Source: Paraspadella gotoi | Taxonomy: Eukaryota > Animalia > Chaetognatha | Length of the DNA: 64,000 bases | Direction: 5' to 3' | Assembly: GCA_051294375.1 (NCBI GenBank) | Contig: CM119265.1 | Span: 20,618,221-20,682,220, forward strand | Shown: one piece after another, positions 1-13,818 of the stretch | Layout: each line of letters opens with the position of its first letter | Numbering within the stretch: position 1 is the first letter of the stretch | Translations under genes and position numbers: made by a program | Notes under the pieces: generated by a model | The model's input: the letters and a program-made list of their open reading frames with translations, nothing else | What the model was told of the DNA's origin: nothing | Databases searched by the model: none

Positions 1-2578
1 AATTTAAGTATTCTTTCGCCCCCATATAAACATTACTCTATAAACCTCTCCATTCTTGCCAAGAGTTCTGACGTGGAACTCCTACTCTTGGAGAGATGTT
101 GGTTAATGCAATGTTTACAGCAAAGTCTGAAAGAGCTAACTGAAATTTGCTCATTTAAGTATCGCAATAATTATGAATGAATTTTTGATTCTCATGTGCC
201 TTTTATGGGAAGTAAAATATTTAAGTACTAGCTTGCATTGAAAATGAAAAAAATATATTAAATTCGTAAATAAAATATACCTATTATTTAATTGCTTATA
301 AAAACAGATGAATCCTAAGTAAAGCAGATTATGATCATTATCCTTTGGCCATTTAATACTATTGATTAGTTTAATTTAATATTTTACAGCTCGCATAATC
401 TCATTGCCATTACCAATGCGAAATCTATGTGTTGTCCCTGCCAACGCTGTATTATCCCTAATTCAATGTCGTGTACTCTATTCAATAATAAATGTACCGC
501 TTAAACTAATAAGGATTTCTTTACTGTAATCCTCTAGCAAGCTTTAACTTACTACTTAAGTTTTTTTTCCAATACTTGTGTTGATAAGTGAATAAATTTA
601 ATTGTGGGAGAACAACGTCCTATTCAAATTACCGATGGTTTTAAGTAACGTTGGTTTTAAGTACCTAGCGATTACATTTACAGGCATGTGTGACACAAAA
701 GTTATTTACAGTTGAAGTAAAAGGATTTTCGTTAGAATTTGTAGGGAGTAAAAGTTAGAGAAGTCTACTTCATTGATAATTCAATATTTTAAACAATTTA
801 TTTCACTTGAATTTAATATTAAGATTTTGATTCAATTAAGTTGAAGACAAAAGGGAATCGAAAGTTAATGGTAGCGCGATCGTCTGCCGATAGCGTAACT
901 AATAGAGTCCCCCTGAGACAAAAGGGAAACGAGGTATTTGTTTCTACTTTTTGCTCCGATTATTCAGCATTGCGTTCTTACGCAGTTATGCCCGTCCCCA
1001 TAATACCTTAGACTCACCTCCACTCGGAAAACGAAAGTCGGCGTTATATGGCTCCATAGGGCATTATAGCAATGCCCCATTCTTTACGAATTGGATACGA
1101 ATTCGATTAGAATGATAGATTTGTTACCAAAATTTGTTTTCTGAGCAATCAAAATTGAGGCTCTTCCCGGTCAAAGAGGTTTCGTCAGCACTGTCTTTAT
1201 TATTATATTCCTGTTCCTCGCTTGTCAGTCTCGTCGGCATATATGCATTATGCAAAGTCAGGTAAATTCCTCTGGATTCAGCAGAGGGATTTCTAAAAGC
1301 GGCAGCTGTCTGGAAGAAGCAGCAGGAGCCGCGGTAAGTTCGCGTGTTGAAAAGGTTGCAAAAAAAAAAAAAACGTTTGGGAGGTAGATTAGAACAATAA
1401 ATTCAGATCAGCCGTTGTAGTGCATGAAAAAAAAAACATAGAAAGATAACCCTCGTAATTCACTTCACATCCAAGAACCGTAAACATTGTGGATAATTCG
1501 AGGGAAATGACCTCTTCAGGTTTCAATTCATAAAAAGAAAATACTGTCAACACGGAAACTTCTGTTACGTTTCAAGGGCAAGGCCGGTCGATGGCCCAAC
1601 GCGGACTTTGCCCCGACCGAAGTTTTTGCCCGATCTCGCCCGGAAACTTAAAGTTTAGTAAGTGCGATTTTTTTCCCCTCTCAAATAATTTTTTTTTTAA
1701 TTTTTCGTAATTCCCGTGATTTTTTAAAAAATTCTGTAAATTTATTCCTTTTTAATCGAATCCTTTTCCTTCTGTCGATTGCAATTTTCTGAAAACTAAA
1801 TTCGTATCATCATCGAAAAATAAATATTAAATAATTTTCATTCATAAAACTCTTCAAATTACTCAGTAATAAACCACGCTTATTTAACTNNNNNNNNNNT
1901 TTTTCCTAATTTTGACCAAGAAAACATAAAAATTTTGGAAAGTTGTAGTTAAATTTTTTATTTAACTTCTTATGCTCTATCAGAATCCATCAAAAAAAGT
2001 TAAGATTGATTAAAAAAAATTTTTATCATTATATAGTAATATTGTAATTTTAATAGCAACAATAAAAGCATTAAAATCGAACTTTTTTAAAAAAGTCTTT
2101 TTTTACCTAAAAGTAGACTTCAAGACTAAAGTTTTGAACCCCCGCCCCTATTGAATTTAATTTCATAGTAGATTTTATAGTATAACGAGAGGATGTCCTT
2201 TTAAATTTTAAGTTAACCAATTGTTTCGTCATTTACGGTGATAAAAGCTCGAGCCCAGACGCGCCCTTGTTTTTCGTTTCCAGTTCGGATTTGCACTAAC
2301 AATTTTCTTGACAAAATAAAGATTCAATTTCACTTTTCTTCGAACTCGTTTTTCTCCGGGACTCTGTTTCTATTTATCTTTATCTTTATCTCTCTCCTTT
2401 TTCTAAATATCTCCCTTTCTCGCTTTCGCCTTTATCTAGCTCTTTGACATGCTCTACATATTATTCTCTTTTTCTTTCTCTCTTTTTATTTCTCTCTCCG
2501 ATTATGACTCATAAGGCAATTCGATCGTATCCTATCTCAATTTGGCGTCTTTGGTAATAATCTGGTCTCCGGCTTTGC

Positions 2579-2621
<43 letters not shown>

Positions 2622-3367
2622 ACCTTACAGGGGAAATGGAAATTTCCAGTTCTCGCTGCTCCGATGGATTTTTCCTAAAGATTATTTTTCTTTCAATTCT
2701 CCCCCGTAATCTAGTATTTCACTCTTCGTAACTTCGTCTCTCTCTTTCATCGAGAGACAGAGACAGAGTCGTTCTGCTTCGAGTTTCGCTCCTGACCCCA
2801 ATTCCTGTTTCTTGTTTACTTTTTCTCTCGCCTCCCGAGTGTAATCGTTTCTGTTTCTCCTCTTTTCTTTCGTTTCTTCTCTTTTATTCTTTTCTCTATC
2901 TCGTATCCTCACTATCTATTCTCTTGATCGTAAATATCGCCACAAAGATGGGAATTTTTCTTTCTTGGGCACAGTTGCCGCGAATTACGAAAGATTGCGC
3001 GTTGAGACTAGCTTAATGAAATGGGGATTACTTGCGACTTTTAAAAGTTAAACCCTTATCATTATTCTTCAAAATCTAAAAATGTATTGACCCCATTATT
3101 ATTTTTTAATTATAAATATTCCACGATTATTGAAATATTAAGAAAAATTATCCTTCTCTATAGAACAAATGCCACCTTTCATTTCGTGCTAAGCCCTTGT
3201 AAAAATTAGAGATAAAAAGTCTAAAATATCTCACTTTTGGATGATCCTCTTCGTCGTCATCGTCGTCGTCGTCGTTATTGTCATCTTCCTCATTTCATCA
3301 CTCTTTTCGTTGCGGACCAGACATAAATCACACACAGTCTCAACGAAAAACTCAGGTTCCTTTCCTC

Positions 3368-3370
<3 letters not shown>

Positions 3371-3458
<88 letters not shown>
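3371..3458. repeat. (CT)n microsatellite
   Basis: Uninterrupted CT run; source of spurious poly-SL/ER ORFs. Confidence 0.98.
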
Positions 3459-3464
<6 letters not shown>

Positions 3465-4136
3465 CTCTCTCAAAAGAAACCCTCGTCTCACGGATCGAGG
3501 CTTTCTCGCTCTTTCGCCATCCTTCTCTATCTCTCTCTTCTCTCTCTCTTCTATTCTTTTAATACCCAGACTCTCCGTCCAATCACCTTTCGACTCTCCC
3601 CTTCAGGTTCATCCACCAATCAGGATCCGTCTTGGACGAGAACTCGCCAATCGACGGACGACGACCCCGCAGTAACTTACCCGTCCACGACGGGGATCTC
3701 AACAACCAACCCAAAAAAACTGAATCCTGCGTTGGCAGGAAGAAAATTCTTGTCGTCTGCATCATCGTCGTCGTCGTCGTCATCGACGCTGCGACCTTGT
3801 GGCCACAATGTAACGAATCTTTAACGACGTCGTCGTCGTCTTCGTCGTCACAAGCGGTGAACTTTAAACCCAAAAAGGATCGATTAGATTTTGTTTTCTC
3901 TTCTCATTTTTTCGAAAATGATTTTTCCCTTCGTAAAATTCTCAAACTTAATCCCGAAAACCGGTTGAAGACCGGATACCTTTTTCTTTCGCACGGATAT
4001 TAAAAACGAGAAGGGGAAAAAGTACAAACCAATGTCGTGGATGCGCTTTTCCAAGATCTTTCTCGTCGTTGTAGCCCAATCCGACACGGCGAGTCCTGTC
4101 CCTTCCCGGATAGCCGGTCTCTGACCGGCCTCGAAA

Positions 4137-7100
4137 ATGGTTCGACGGTCGAGTCTTGTCGCGCCTTCCCGCGGATTTCCCTACAAACCTTTGCTATGCT
4201 TACATTTTGTGTTGACGCTTTCGCTGGCGGCGGCATTTTCAGTTTCGCCGGACGATCGAACCCGAGACGAGACGAAGGGCGTCCCCGAAAAATCGGCGCC
4301 GATCGGAGAATTGGACGACGCCGTCTCCGCCAAACAGGACGCTTTCGCAACCACCACCGCCACTCTCAAAGCGACACCTACCTCAAAGGAATACAAAAAC
4401 GTAAACAAACAAAGCGACAAAGAGAATCATAAACAGGAATCGAGTCTTCAATCGCCAGTCAACAACAACAACAACAACAACCACACCACGACCTTCGCGC
4501 CAAAGTCTTTCTCGCCTCTGAAGCCGTCATGGAATCGGCGCCAACGATTGGAGTCTTTCGAATGCGTCGGGGGCACCGCCTGTCAATGCGTCTGTCAAGT
4601 TTCAGTTTACATGAGGTGCGTTGCGAGCTGTTTGAAGGAATACGTTGAAAATTGTTTGTTTGTTTGCTACAAAAGTTTTAAAATTATAACGCTTTGTAGA
4701 CGCGAAAGTTCTGCTTCATTCTTTGCGCCAAATTTCAAGTGAAAAAGAAAATATATTTAACTCTGTATCTGAAAAGTTAATGGGACGAAAACGCCAGAGA
4801 TTAAAAATAATTTATATAAATTAAAATGTGGCCGTTCTCGAAATCTAAAAGTTTTCAGAAACAAAAGAAACTAAAGTTCTACAAATTTGTATAATTTAGA
4901 AAAAGTAGAATTAAACGAAATAATTATCGTAATTTTAAGGTTGGACCGGAAGTGCAACATTGAGTGCAATAACCAGACTCTGACGCGAATCCCGTCCTCG
5001 CTTCGGCAAGCCGTCTTCAGCTACGAAACGGCGGACTTTTCCTTCAACTCCATCGCTTCCCTGGGACGGAGCGTCTTCGGCACCTTTTCCGCCAAAACGC
5101 TGCTGCTGCAGCATAACCAGGTCTCGATCGATTCTTTTCAGTGACTCTTTATTTGATTAATTGATTGGTTGAATCATTTGTTCGTTTATTTAACTATTGA
5201 TCGATTGATTTTTGGAGGTTATGACCAAACGAATTGGGGATTGATAAAATATGAATCGTTGATTAATAAGGTAATTAATTATTTAAACGGTTTAAGTAAT
5301 TTAATGAAGAAAAAAAATTTGATCGAAAAAATTAAACTGTGCGATTTATTTATTGATTCACAGATCGAGTGGATAAAAAAGGCGTTCGTGGGCAACATCA
5401 CTCGCGACCTACTCCGCTTGAATCTGGATCACAACCGAATTCGGACTCTGGACGCCGACGCCTTCGCGGGCCTTCGCCGCCTCGAAGAACTCTCGCTCGT
5501 CCACAATCGTCTCCAGACTCTGGAGGACGGAACTTTCGCCGCCTTAACCGGGCTCAGGGTCTTATATTTGAAAGGTCAGGACGAGGTGGGATTGGGGTAT
5601 GGTCCCCTGAATTTAGGGGCGCGAGTTTTTAGTTTATTTTTTTTATTTCTTATTCTAATTTCTGTCGTTAAAATTTATGCAAGAAAGAGAAAACTTTCTA
5701 CGTCCTATTAGTATTATGGCGTGGGAAAACTACGACAATTTGTACCAGCTTTTAAAATCGCTCAGCCCTACAAAAACAAACAAACTTTGTCGCTGATCTC
5801 CGAATGAAAGATTTAAAGACGAGACGAGACTTCAAATGTCAGTCCCTTTTTTTTTTTTTTTTGAAGAACCTTTTTCGAGGTTTTGTCTAGACCGAAATTA
5901 GCGGTTTTCGATAAAATGATTACTCAATTTTGTAAACAGTTCGATTTTGAATTAAGACATTCCGATCGTATCTTAGGATTTTTAAAAGCCCAAATATTCA
6001 AACCATTCGAGATATTCAAAACTGAATTTAAGTTTCAGTTTTCTGATAGCTCGTATTTTAAGTATTACAAGGTCTCCTGATGAAATTTACTGAAAAACAG
6101 ATACCGATTTTGTTGGGTGAAAACTAGAGACTAGAGAAATAAAAAAAATAACAAAATCGATCTTAGCAGGTGAGATCGACGCAGTTCGTGAACACGAATT
6201 TAATGAGATGTCAATTAATGAAAGAAAATATTCAACCAATTCTCACTTGCCTATTTATAAGTTGTTTTTTTCAATTAATTGGCGTTTTGAAGTTGAATAA
6301 ATTTAAATTCTTCGACTCTTCATTCACCATTTCCTAATTTCCTCCTATTCTCCACCCGCCAGGCAATCAACTCTCCACCCTTCCGCCGACCGCCTTCTCC
6401 TCTTCCTCCCCCGCTTCCCTCTCTTCCCTGGAACTGGATCTCCGCCACAACCTCATCCGCGACTTCACCTCCTGCGAGATCGACTTCCTCGCCTCCGCCC
6501 GCTCCGTCCTCCTTCAACGAAACCCCCTCCGATGCCGGTGTCGCCTCCTCGATCTCTTCCGCAGCTACGATCGTCGGCATCGCGACGACGGGCGGCGTTG
6601 GTCCGAACCGAAACCGGCGTCGAGCTACTACGCCTCCCGCTACTTTGAGCGCCGGTTGGAGGGCGTGGTTTGCGCGGCGCCGTCCGAGTGGCGAGGCGCG
6701 CCGGTGACGGAGGCGCTGCGGCTCTCCAAGACGCAATGCGACGCCGAGAGAGGCAACGCCTCCTTCGCCAGCGACGACGCCGATAAATCCTGTCCCTTCT
6801 CCCGGTCACGTCACGCGGATTCCCTCGTCCGTCGATCCCCGACGGCGCTGCCCGACGCCGCCAAGTGGTTGATCGTCGTCTCGGTTCCGCTTGGCGGCGC
6901 CGTCGTCCTCGCGGCGCTGGGATTTCTCTGTTTCAAAATGCGGAAGAGACGAAAACTGCGACGAGAACGACGACGACGAAACGGAGGAGACGACGATGAC
7001 GACGACGACGATGACGACGACGAGGACGAAAGGTTCCAACATCATCGTCCGCTGATGTACGACAAACTGCGGAGAATGGCGGACAAATCGACGGAGGGAT

Positions 7101-8496
7101 TCAACACCGGCGCCGGGACCTTTGGCGACGGAACTCACCTCGAGGGAAGCAAGAAGAGCTCGTGGATGAGGAGCGGATACGATTTGGGTCAGGAAGAGGA
7201 GGAGGTGGTGGAGGGGTGGGTTAATGGAGCAGAGGCTGAAGGAGTCAGGGAGGACGGTGGAGCGAACGTAGGCGAAGGTAGCGGGGATAGGAGCGATGGG
7301 AAAAGCGGGGATAGGAGCGATGGGAAAAGCGGAGAGAGAAGCGAAGAGATCGTCAAAGAAAGAAGCGACGACAACAACGCCCTCGATTCGAAAAGAGACG
7401 AAACGCCGCCGTCGTCGTCCTCGAAAAAATCCAAGATTCCAAAGTCGAAATCGATGACGACGACGCCGACGATTCCAAAGTCGACGGAACTGTTGAGGGA
7501 GACTTCTTCCGTTTCAGCCTCCGCCGCCGCCGGAGCCTCTGATCGCCTCCGCTCGAAAGACTCGAAAGACGCGATCGATCGATCGGAGAGACAAAATCCG
7601 CGACGATCCAAAGACCGACAAGAATTCCAAGACCGACAAGAATTTCAAAACCGACAACGGTCCAAAGACCGACGGGAACATCACGACCGACAGCAACGAC
7701 GCCGAACAGGGGAGACGTCCAACGATCGGAGAAGTTCGCATCAGCGACCGACGAGTCGAGATCCCGGCGTCAGGGAGTCCACACGCCCGTCGAAGCAGCA
7801 GCCGCCGCAAAAACAGCAGCAGAGAAGAGAGCAACAGCGCTCGGCGACGCAGCAATCGCAAGAGCAGCAATCGCAGCAAAGACGGGCGAAGAAACGCGAG
7901 CATTCTAGTCACAACCCGGAGAGACCCGTGGGTGTGATCTCCTCCAGCGTTCCGCGCAGCAAGAAGGAATGCTTGGAGACTTTTAAGGAGAGAGAGAGAA
8001 TGATGAAACAGCAGAACGAGTGGGAGAAGAAAAGGAGGAAAGAGGAAGAGAAGAGGAGGAAGGATGAGAAGAAGAGAGAGGAAGAGGCGAAGAAGAAGAG
8101 AGAGAGGAAGCTATTAAAGGAAAGAGAGAAAGATATGGAGAGGAGGAGGAAAGAGGCGAGGGAGAGGGAGAAGACGAGGAATGCGCCGCATAGACAAGTA
8201 GGTTTTTTTTTATCGATTGATTTGATTTTGTTTTGATTTCTGAACTTACCAAATTTTCGACCCCCACCCAGAGCCAACTCCGCTTGATCCTCCAGCATTT
8301 CCAAGCGCACCCGGCCGGACGTCAGAGTCCGTTGGGCCTCTCGAAGGGCGAGTCAGCCGACGCCGACGATCGGACGAGGCGCTGGTTGGAGACTCTTACC
8401 ACATCCACGACCAGTTTGAACTCTTTGGAGAAGGCGATCGGGTCCGAGCCCCCGGGGCGGAGCCAGGGAGAGGAGGAGGAAGAGGAGGAGAAGTGA
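4137..8496 (+). CDS. Leucine-rich-repeat type-I transmembrane protein (~976 aa), 5 exons: 4137-4615, 4940-5120, 5364-5574, 6363-8197, 8272-8496
   Basis: All introns are GT-AG and phase-compatible (2931 nt). Signal peptide (PLLCLHFVLTLSLAAA), Cys-rich LRRNT (CQCVC..KCNIECNNQTLTRIP), LRRs (LLRLNLDHNRIRTLDADAFAGLRRLEELSLVHNRLQTL), LRRCT (NPLRCRC...VCAAP...C), TM segment WLIVVSVPLGGAVVLAALGFLCF followed by KMRKRR, then a long charged low-complexity tail. Confidence 0.88.
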
Positions 8497-9254
8497 AGCA
8501 GCCGGCGAATGTTCTTTGACTAAATATTGTTTTTTTTTAATCTTTCGATATTCGATTCTTACTTTTTATTTGCGAACGAGCTTAAAAATTCCTTCATTGT
8601 TAACAATACCGTTTTAGATATTGTGGGTTTTTCTTTTTATTTCGCTGAGCGAAAAAGGGGCGAGTTCCTTTCGAACTGTAGCTTAAATTTTTTTTATTGA
8701 TAACAATGTATTAATAACTCACGTTGTTCTTCCGTAACTCAAGGCGCTTTAGCAATTATTAATCTAGACGAACACAGGTTTTCTTCGACCTAAAATTGCT
8801 GTGGAAAAATTACGTTAACCATTTTGTGCCATTGTATAATTTTGTCAACTTGTTCATTAATATCTTGTTTACTTTCGCTGTTATATCTACAATTTTGTTA
8901 GATTACATATTACTCCCTCCCATGGATGAATTCAATAACAATGAAGCTAATGTAGTAAAAACAAAACTATTTAGAAACTATATTGCATAGGCTCTGCAGT
9001 CTGCAGCATATCAATTCTTCGAATTCCAGTACCGCTAAAACAGCGTTCGCCTGTAAAGACCAAAATACAAACTGGGAGTGATATTCTCACTTTCCTAAAA
9101 GCTTTTATTCGCTCAAATTGAAAGCTATTGTTGAATTGAACAAACAGTAGTTTAAATAAATACAACTATTGTCGCAACACAATGTCTGTCGCGTTACGTA
9201 AAAAGGTCTTTAGTATAAGAACCACGCCAGGTTTGCTCTTCACACGAAAATGCC

Positions 9255-9288
9255 TATAAAACCTGGAAACAGAAAGCGAAAGTCAGAA
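9255..9288 (+). promoter_or_regulatory. TATA box (TATAAAA 9255-9261) and Inr-like TCAGA (~9283) of the protease gene
   Basis: TATAAAA lies ~28 nt upstream of TCAGAA and 46 nt upstream of the ATG at 9301. Confidence 0.55.
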
Positions 9289-9300
9289 ATGTAAAAAAAA

Positions 9301-11192
9301 ATGTTCGGCTATTTTGTCTTCGCTCTTTTGCCTCTGTTTTCGGCAGCGACGCAGTGCGGCGTTGGCGGTCTTCATAGAGTCGTCGGAGGAGTGACCGCGA
9401 TTCCGAACAATTGGCCCTGGCAGGTGTAACTGTTTTGTCTCATTGTCTCTATTTATAATTATTTCTTAATTACTTTAATTTTAAATTCAATAAAGAAAGA
9501 TAAATAAATAAATGAATGAATGAATTTTTAAAAAATAAATAAAAAAAGAAAATAACAAATTTTTAAAAAGATTTAAAAAGGAAAAAAAGCTCAGTTGATA
9601 ATTATTAATTTTATTTTATTGAATTTAAACGAAAATTATCATCCTGTAAAATAAAAGAAGAATAATCCACTGACAGTGAAACTCAAATTATTTTATTATT
9701 AAATTTAAACAAAAATCCTTTCCCCCTCCAAAAAGATCACAATCCAACGCGTGGAAAAGTTCACCGTCTTCGGCCAAGAGTACGAGAGAACCTACCACTC
9801 CTGCGGCGGCGCCATCATAGCGCCAGAGTGGATCCTGACCGCGGGTCACTGCTTCCCTAGAGGGACGGAAGACGTCCACTGGCGCGTGGTGGCTGGAGAG
9901 CACGATCTGAGGAGCAATTCCCGTCTGGAGCAAGCTAGGAAGGTCATTCGGTGAGTCGCTGGATCGGGGCAATGGAACGAGCTGGGAAAATCATTAGGCG
10001 AGTCGCAGAGCCGAAGCACTGTGTAGAGAGTGTGTAGAGAAACATTTGAGGAGGATGGCTCATCTGGAACTTCACACGACACACTACACACAATAATATC
10101 ATTATGTTCGCCGCTGAGTTTGCGCAACGGAGCAATATCTGTGGCAAAAGTAAACGGTGGAGCACGCGAGGCGGGATTATATTAAATCAAGTTGTTTGTT
10201 GAAAAGTGTTTTAGCCTGATCACATTTTTTTTTATCTTTGCTTTATTTTCTTTATCCGTCATCTGCAGCGTGATCATGCCCTCCAATTACCACGGAGGGC
10301 CGTCGCAGAACGACATCGCCCTCTTGCGCCTCGACAAGCCGCTCGAGTTTGGGTGGGGAGTTCAGCCCATCTGTCTGCCGGAGCAGGGCGATGTGGACTA
10401 CGACGAGTTGAATCACTGCGTGCTTACCGGGTGGGGACTAACCAAGGGTCCTCAGGACAGCACAAAGTTGCAAGAGGTGAACTTAAACAACTTTATTAGC
10501 ATATAAATATTTATATATTTATAAATTTGCAAATAATATTCATATAAATTAATATCGTATCTATTAAATTTTAAATGTTTTTGTACATGTTCATGTTTTT
10601 TTTTTCGATAACTCTCCTGACTTCCTCAGGTATTCGGTCCCACTATTTCGCCCGAGACTTGCCGTGATCAATTACGGTATGTGAATAATTTTACTACTAT
10701 CGAAACTAGATAGTTATAAATTGTAAAAAAGTCCGAATTTTTTTTTTTAATCATACCTAATTTCTTTCCAGTTTTTCTGTTCCCTTTAAAATGTTAACAA
10801 ACGACATGTTGTCATTTTAGCCACGCTTTCGGAAATCAAGTCAAAGACACGATGGTTTGTTTCGGCAACGGACTCAAAGGCGGCTGCATGGGGGACAGCG
10901 GTGGACCCCTCGCTTGCCGGGTCGGAGGCCTCTGGAGAAGTACTGGCATCGTATCTTTCGGAAGCTCCAAATGTTTGGTAATGCGAAAGAACGAGTAACG
11001 AGAGTTTTACATATTAAAAGCTTAATTAATAGAAAAATGATATTAACTAACTTCTGATTTGAATTTTAGGACGAAGGAATGCCAACGGTCTTCACACAGA
11101 CATCTCATTACGTTGATTGGATCAAGAGTTTCATTGATAAGACTGAAGGAGAAGAAGAAGAAGAAGTAGAAGAAGAAGAGGAATGGAAGTGA
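9301..11192 (+). CDS. Secreted S1A chymotrypsin/elastase-like serine protease (~290 aa), 6 exons: 9301-9423, 9736-9950, 10269-10476, 10630-10676, 10821-10977, 11070-11192
   Basis: Signal peptide [16 protein letters not shown] and activation site HR|VVGG..WPWQ. Catalytic triad intact: [22 protein letters not shown]. All introns GT-AG and in phase (873 nt). AATAAA at ~11230. Confidence 0.95.
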
Positions 11193-11610
11193 ACGGAATT
11201 TCTCATAAACCAATTGCATCATATTTCATAATAAAAAAAACGCAAAGAATTATTTGTAAATTTGTTATTTAATTCAATTTCAAAACAAGTGCTCTTTAAA
11301 TAAAAAAAATATGTTTAACAACATCATTAAATTTTTGTTTGCAAAACTTACCCAAATCTACAGAAAACTGTTAATTAGAAAGTCCAAGGATGTCACAAGA
11401 ATCTTCCAATAACAAAAATGAAGTCTTTGAAATATTTTTTGTGACGAAACGACGCCCCCCTCCCCGCATTGATTCAAAAAATTCAAAAATTTCTCAATAT
11501 AGTTAAAAGAGTGTCGTAACTCTCTCAAGACCGGCTTTACATGAAGTTGTAATCGTGACCGACTTCGTAGATCTTCGACGATCCTCTCCGTTTCTTCGGG
11601 AAATTGATGC

Positions 11611-13221
11611 TCATCTTGAAGACGAATTCGTGTTTGTCTCGATCCTCGTCGGAGGCGAATCCGATTTTGGCCGATATTCCCTCGTCCGGACCGGAGTTCG
11701 TCTGAGTTTCGGGGGACTCATGGGCCTCGATCCTTTTGTCACCTGACCTTTGTCGTCTGACCCCTTTTCTGTGAGTTTGTCCCTTTTCTCAACAGGTTTC
11801 TCCCTTGAGCCTTCCTTTATAAATCTATCGCATTTCGTCTCCTCTCTTACCGCTTTATCCTTTCGCCTCCGATCTGTGGATCGACCTCGTAACCTCACCT
11901 CTCCATTGACGTTCCTTACCTTCGTCCCTCCATCCATGGATTTGTCCGTGATCCTTTCTTCCCTCGTTTTAGCTTTGTCCTTCATACTTGGATGATTTAT
12001 CCTTTCCTCTTTAACCTTATATCTTTCTCTCATTCTTTCATTCGCATTATACTTTTTAATATTCCTCCCATCTCCCGCGCGTGATATCTCCCTCGTCCTT
12101 GCATTCATACTTCTATCAACTTTCCTTTCATCTCTCACAGCGGATCCGTCCTTGATTCTCTCTCCTCTTAATCCAGAGGACGTCCTCTTTCCCCCAACGC
12201 TCAAATCTCTTCCTTGATTCCTAACTCTCGATGCTTCTTTTAATCCATCGTCTCCCTCTGTCTGAGCGATCGCGATTACGTCAGTCCGTCCGTCCGTCAG
12301 TCCCTGATTTCTCCCTGCCCGGGCATCGTCAGTCTGTCGCATAAAGTAACCGCAGCGTGACCAATCTCAAAAAAAGTAGTTCCAGCTCAACCTTGCAGTT
12401 TTTTTTTCTCCCCCTCTCTACCTGTATGCAATTAATGTCCCTCCGTCCGTCTGGCTCGTCCGTCTCTCCATCCAAAAGAATCAATGCTTTTCGAAGAGGC
12501 GGAATTAAAAGTCTGTTCTTCACGAAACCAGAGACGAAGCGAAGAGGGAGACTCAGAATTCCCAGCGCAAAGTCCACTTGCTCCTTCAGCTCCACCAGGC
12601 CGAGGGACGCGACCAACCAGTTGAATAATCTAAGGAGGGAACTGATCGCCCAGTTCGTCAGCAGAACGAGAAAATCGGCGAGGGCTTTTTTGAAACCGGA
12701 CAATGTTAACGAGTCCTTTACGCTGAAAAAAAACGGGGTGAATTTTTTTGGTCGGAGAGGGTTTGTCTTTGTGATATTTCGCGTGAAGACTTTCTCACTT
12801 AATTATTGTAGTTTTCGCGTCGTAAAGGAGTGAAGGGAAGTAGGCGATCCAGCGCGGAATGGAATCGTTAATCAATGAAGTCGTCAGCAACGCCACGAGG
12901 CCACCGTAGATACAAATTACGATTTGGATCGCTCTGTGTACAATATATACTGTATATATATACTGTACAATGTACAGTATACAGTGTACAGTGTACATAT
13001 ATAGACACTTTAATTCTACTATTATTAGAAATATAGCGTCATCACCAAACAATTACTTTCTTGAATCACCTTTGAAAAATTGCGATTGGCATAAAAAGGA
13101 GCCGAGTTGCGCGAGAACAGATCGAGTGAAAATAGGAAATTGTGTTTTGAACGAAGTAATAAACATTTAGCAGCCAATTTAGGGCTTTGACGTAATCTTC
13201 TTTGATCAGGAATCCTGCCAT
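11611..13221 (-). CDS. Uncharacterised protein (~436 aa) with hydrophobic/amphipathic N-half and highly charged C-half; 4 exons: 13221-13070, 12933-12799, 12722-12422, 12333-11611
   Basis: ATG at 13221 (MAGFLIKEDYVKALNWLL...). Three GT-AG introns with matching phases (2,2,0) join track ORFs 12795-13052, 12329-12703 and 11611-12342. No recognisable domain. Confidence 0.7.
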
Positions 13222-13818
13222 CTTTTTGATTCGAATTTTTTTTTTTTTTTTTTGTGAATTATTAATTTAACTTAAATCTTAAATGTGATAATTTTTTGTT
13301 ATTCGGGAAGTAGTTGATTATTTTAATTTAAACGTGTTTCAAGATATTTTTTGATTTTTTTTTAAAACTTTTTCGATTTTTGTGATTTAAGCTACGAGCT
13401 GAATTTTGTTTCTCGATGACTCAAAGGTCAGAATTCAAGAACTGATTTTTGAGGTTTCTCCGATTGCGAAATCAATATTGCGAAATCAATATCGGATATT
13501 GAATATCCAAACACTATTCTTAACTTTTTTTTAAAAAAATAGTTTAGCCGAATGAAAACTTTAAGAAATAAGTTAGACTAGCTTTACTCTTTCTCCAATT
13601 TGTTTTTATTTGTTTATGCAAAAAAACATAAACAAAGTGTCTGCGATTTAAAAGAGACCAAAACTAACAAAGAGTTAGATCAAGATAAAAAAAAAACTAT
13701 TGAAAGAACTTTTATCCACCCTATGCTGCGTTATGCCCAATTGCCCATTCCATGTTATTCGCGGTCCAAATGCCTCGGAATACTATCCATTATCCATTAT
13801 CCAATATCCAATGCCGTA

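Noticed and set aside
40-1340. Short hairpins, a repeated AGACAAAAGGGAA (845, 917) and a GTAAGT donor at ~1333
   Set aside because: No ORF, terminal repeats or RNA family could be supported; may be a transposon remnant or UTR exon.
3231-3675. ORFs with poly-ER / poly-SL (also at 22229, 28210, 29013, 49846, 57981, 60566)
   Set aside because: These are translations of (AG/CT)n microsatellites with no splice or domain support.
6320-8310. Antisense ORFs over the LRR gene (and similar ones over the ZF, CAD, PEBP and saposin exons)
   Set aside because: These are shadow frames of GC-rich coding exons.
9951-10268. Relatively GC-rich protease intron 2 as a nested element or extra exon
   Set aside because: The protease is complete without it, and no recognisable ends or motifs were found.
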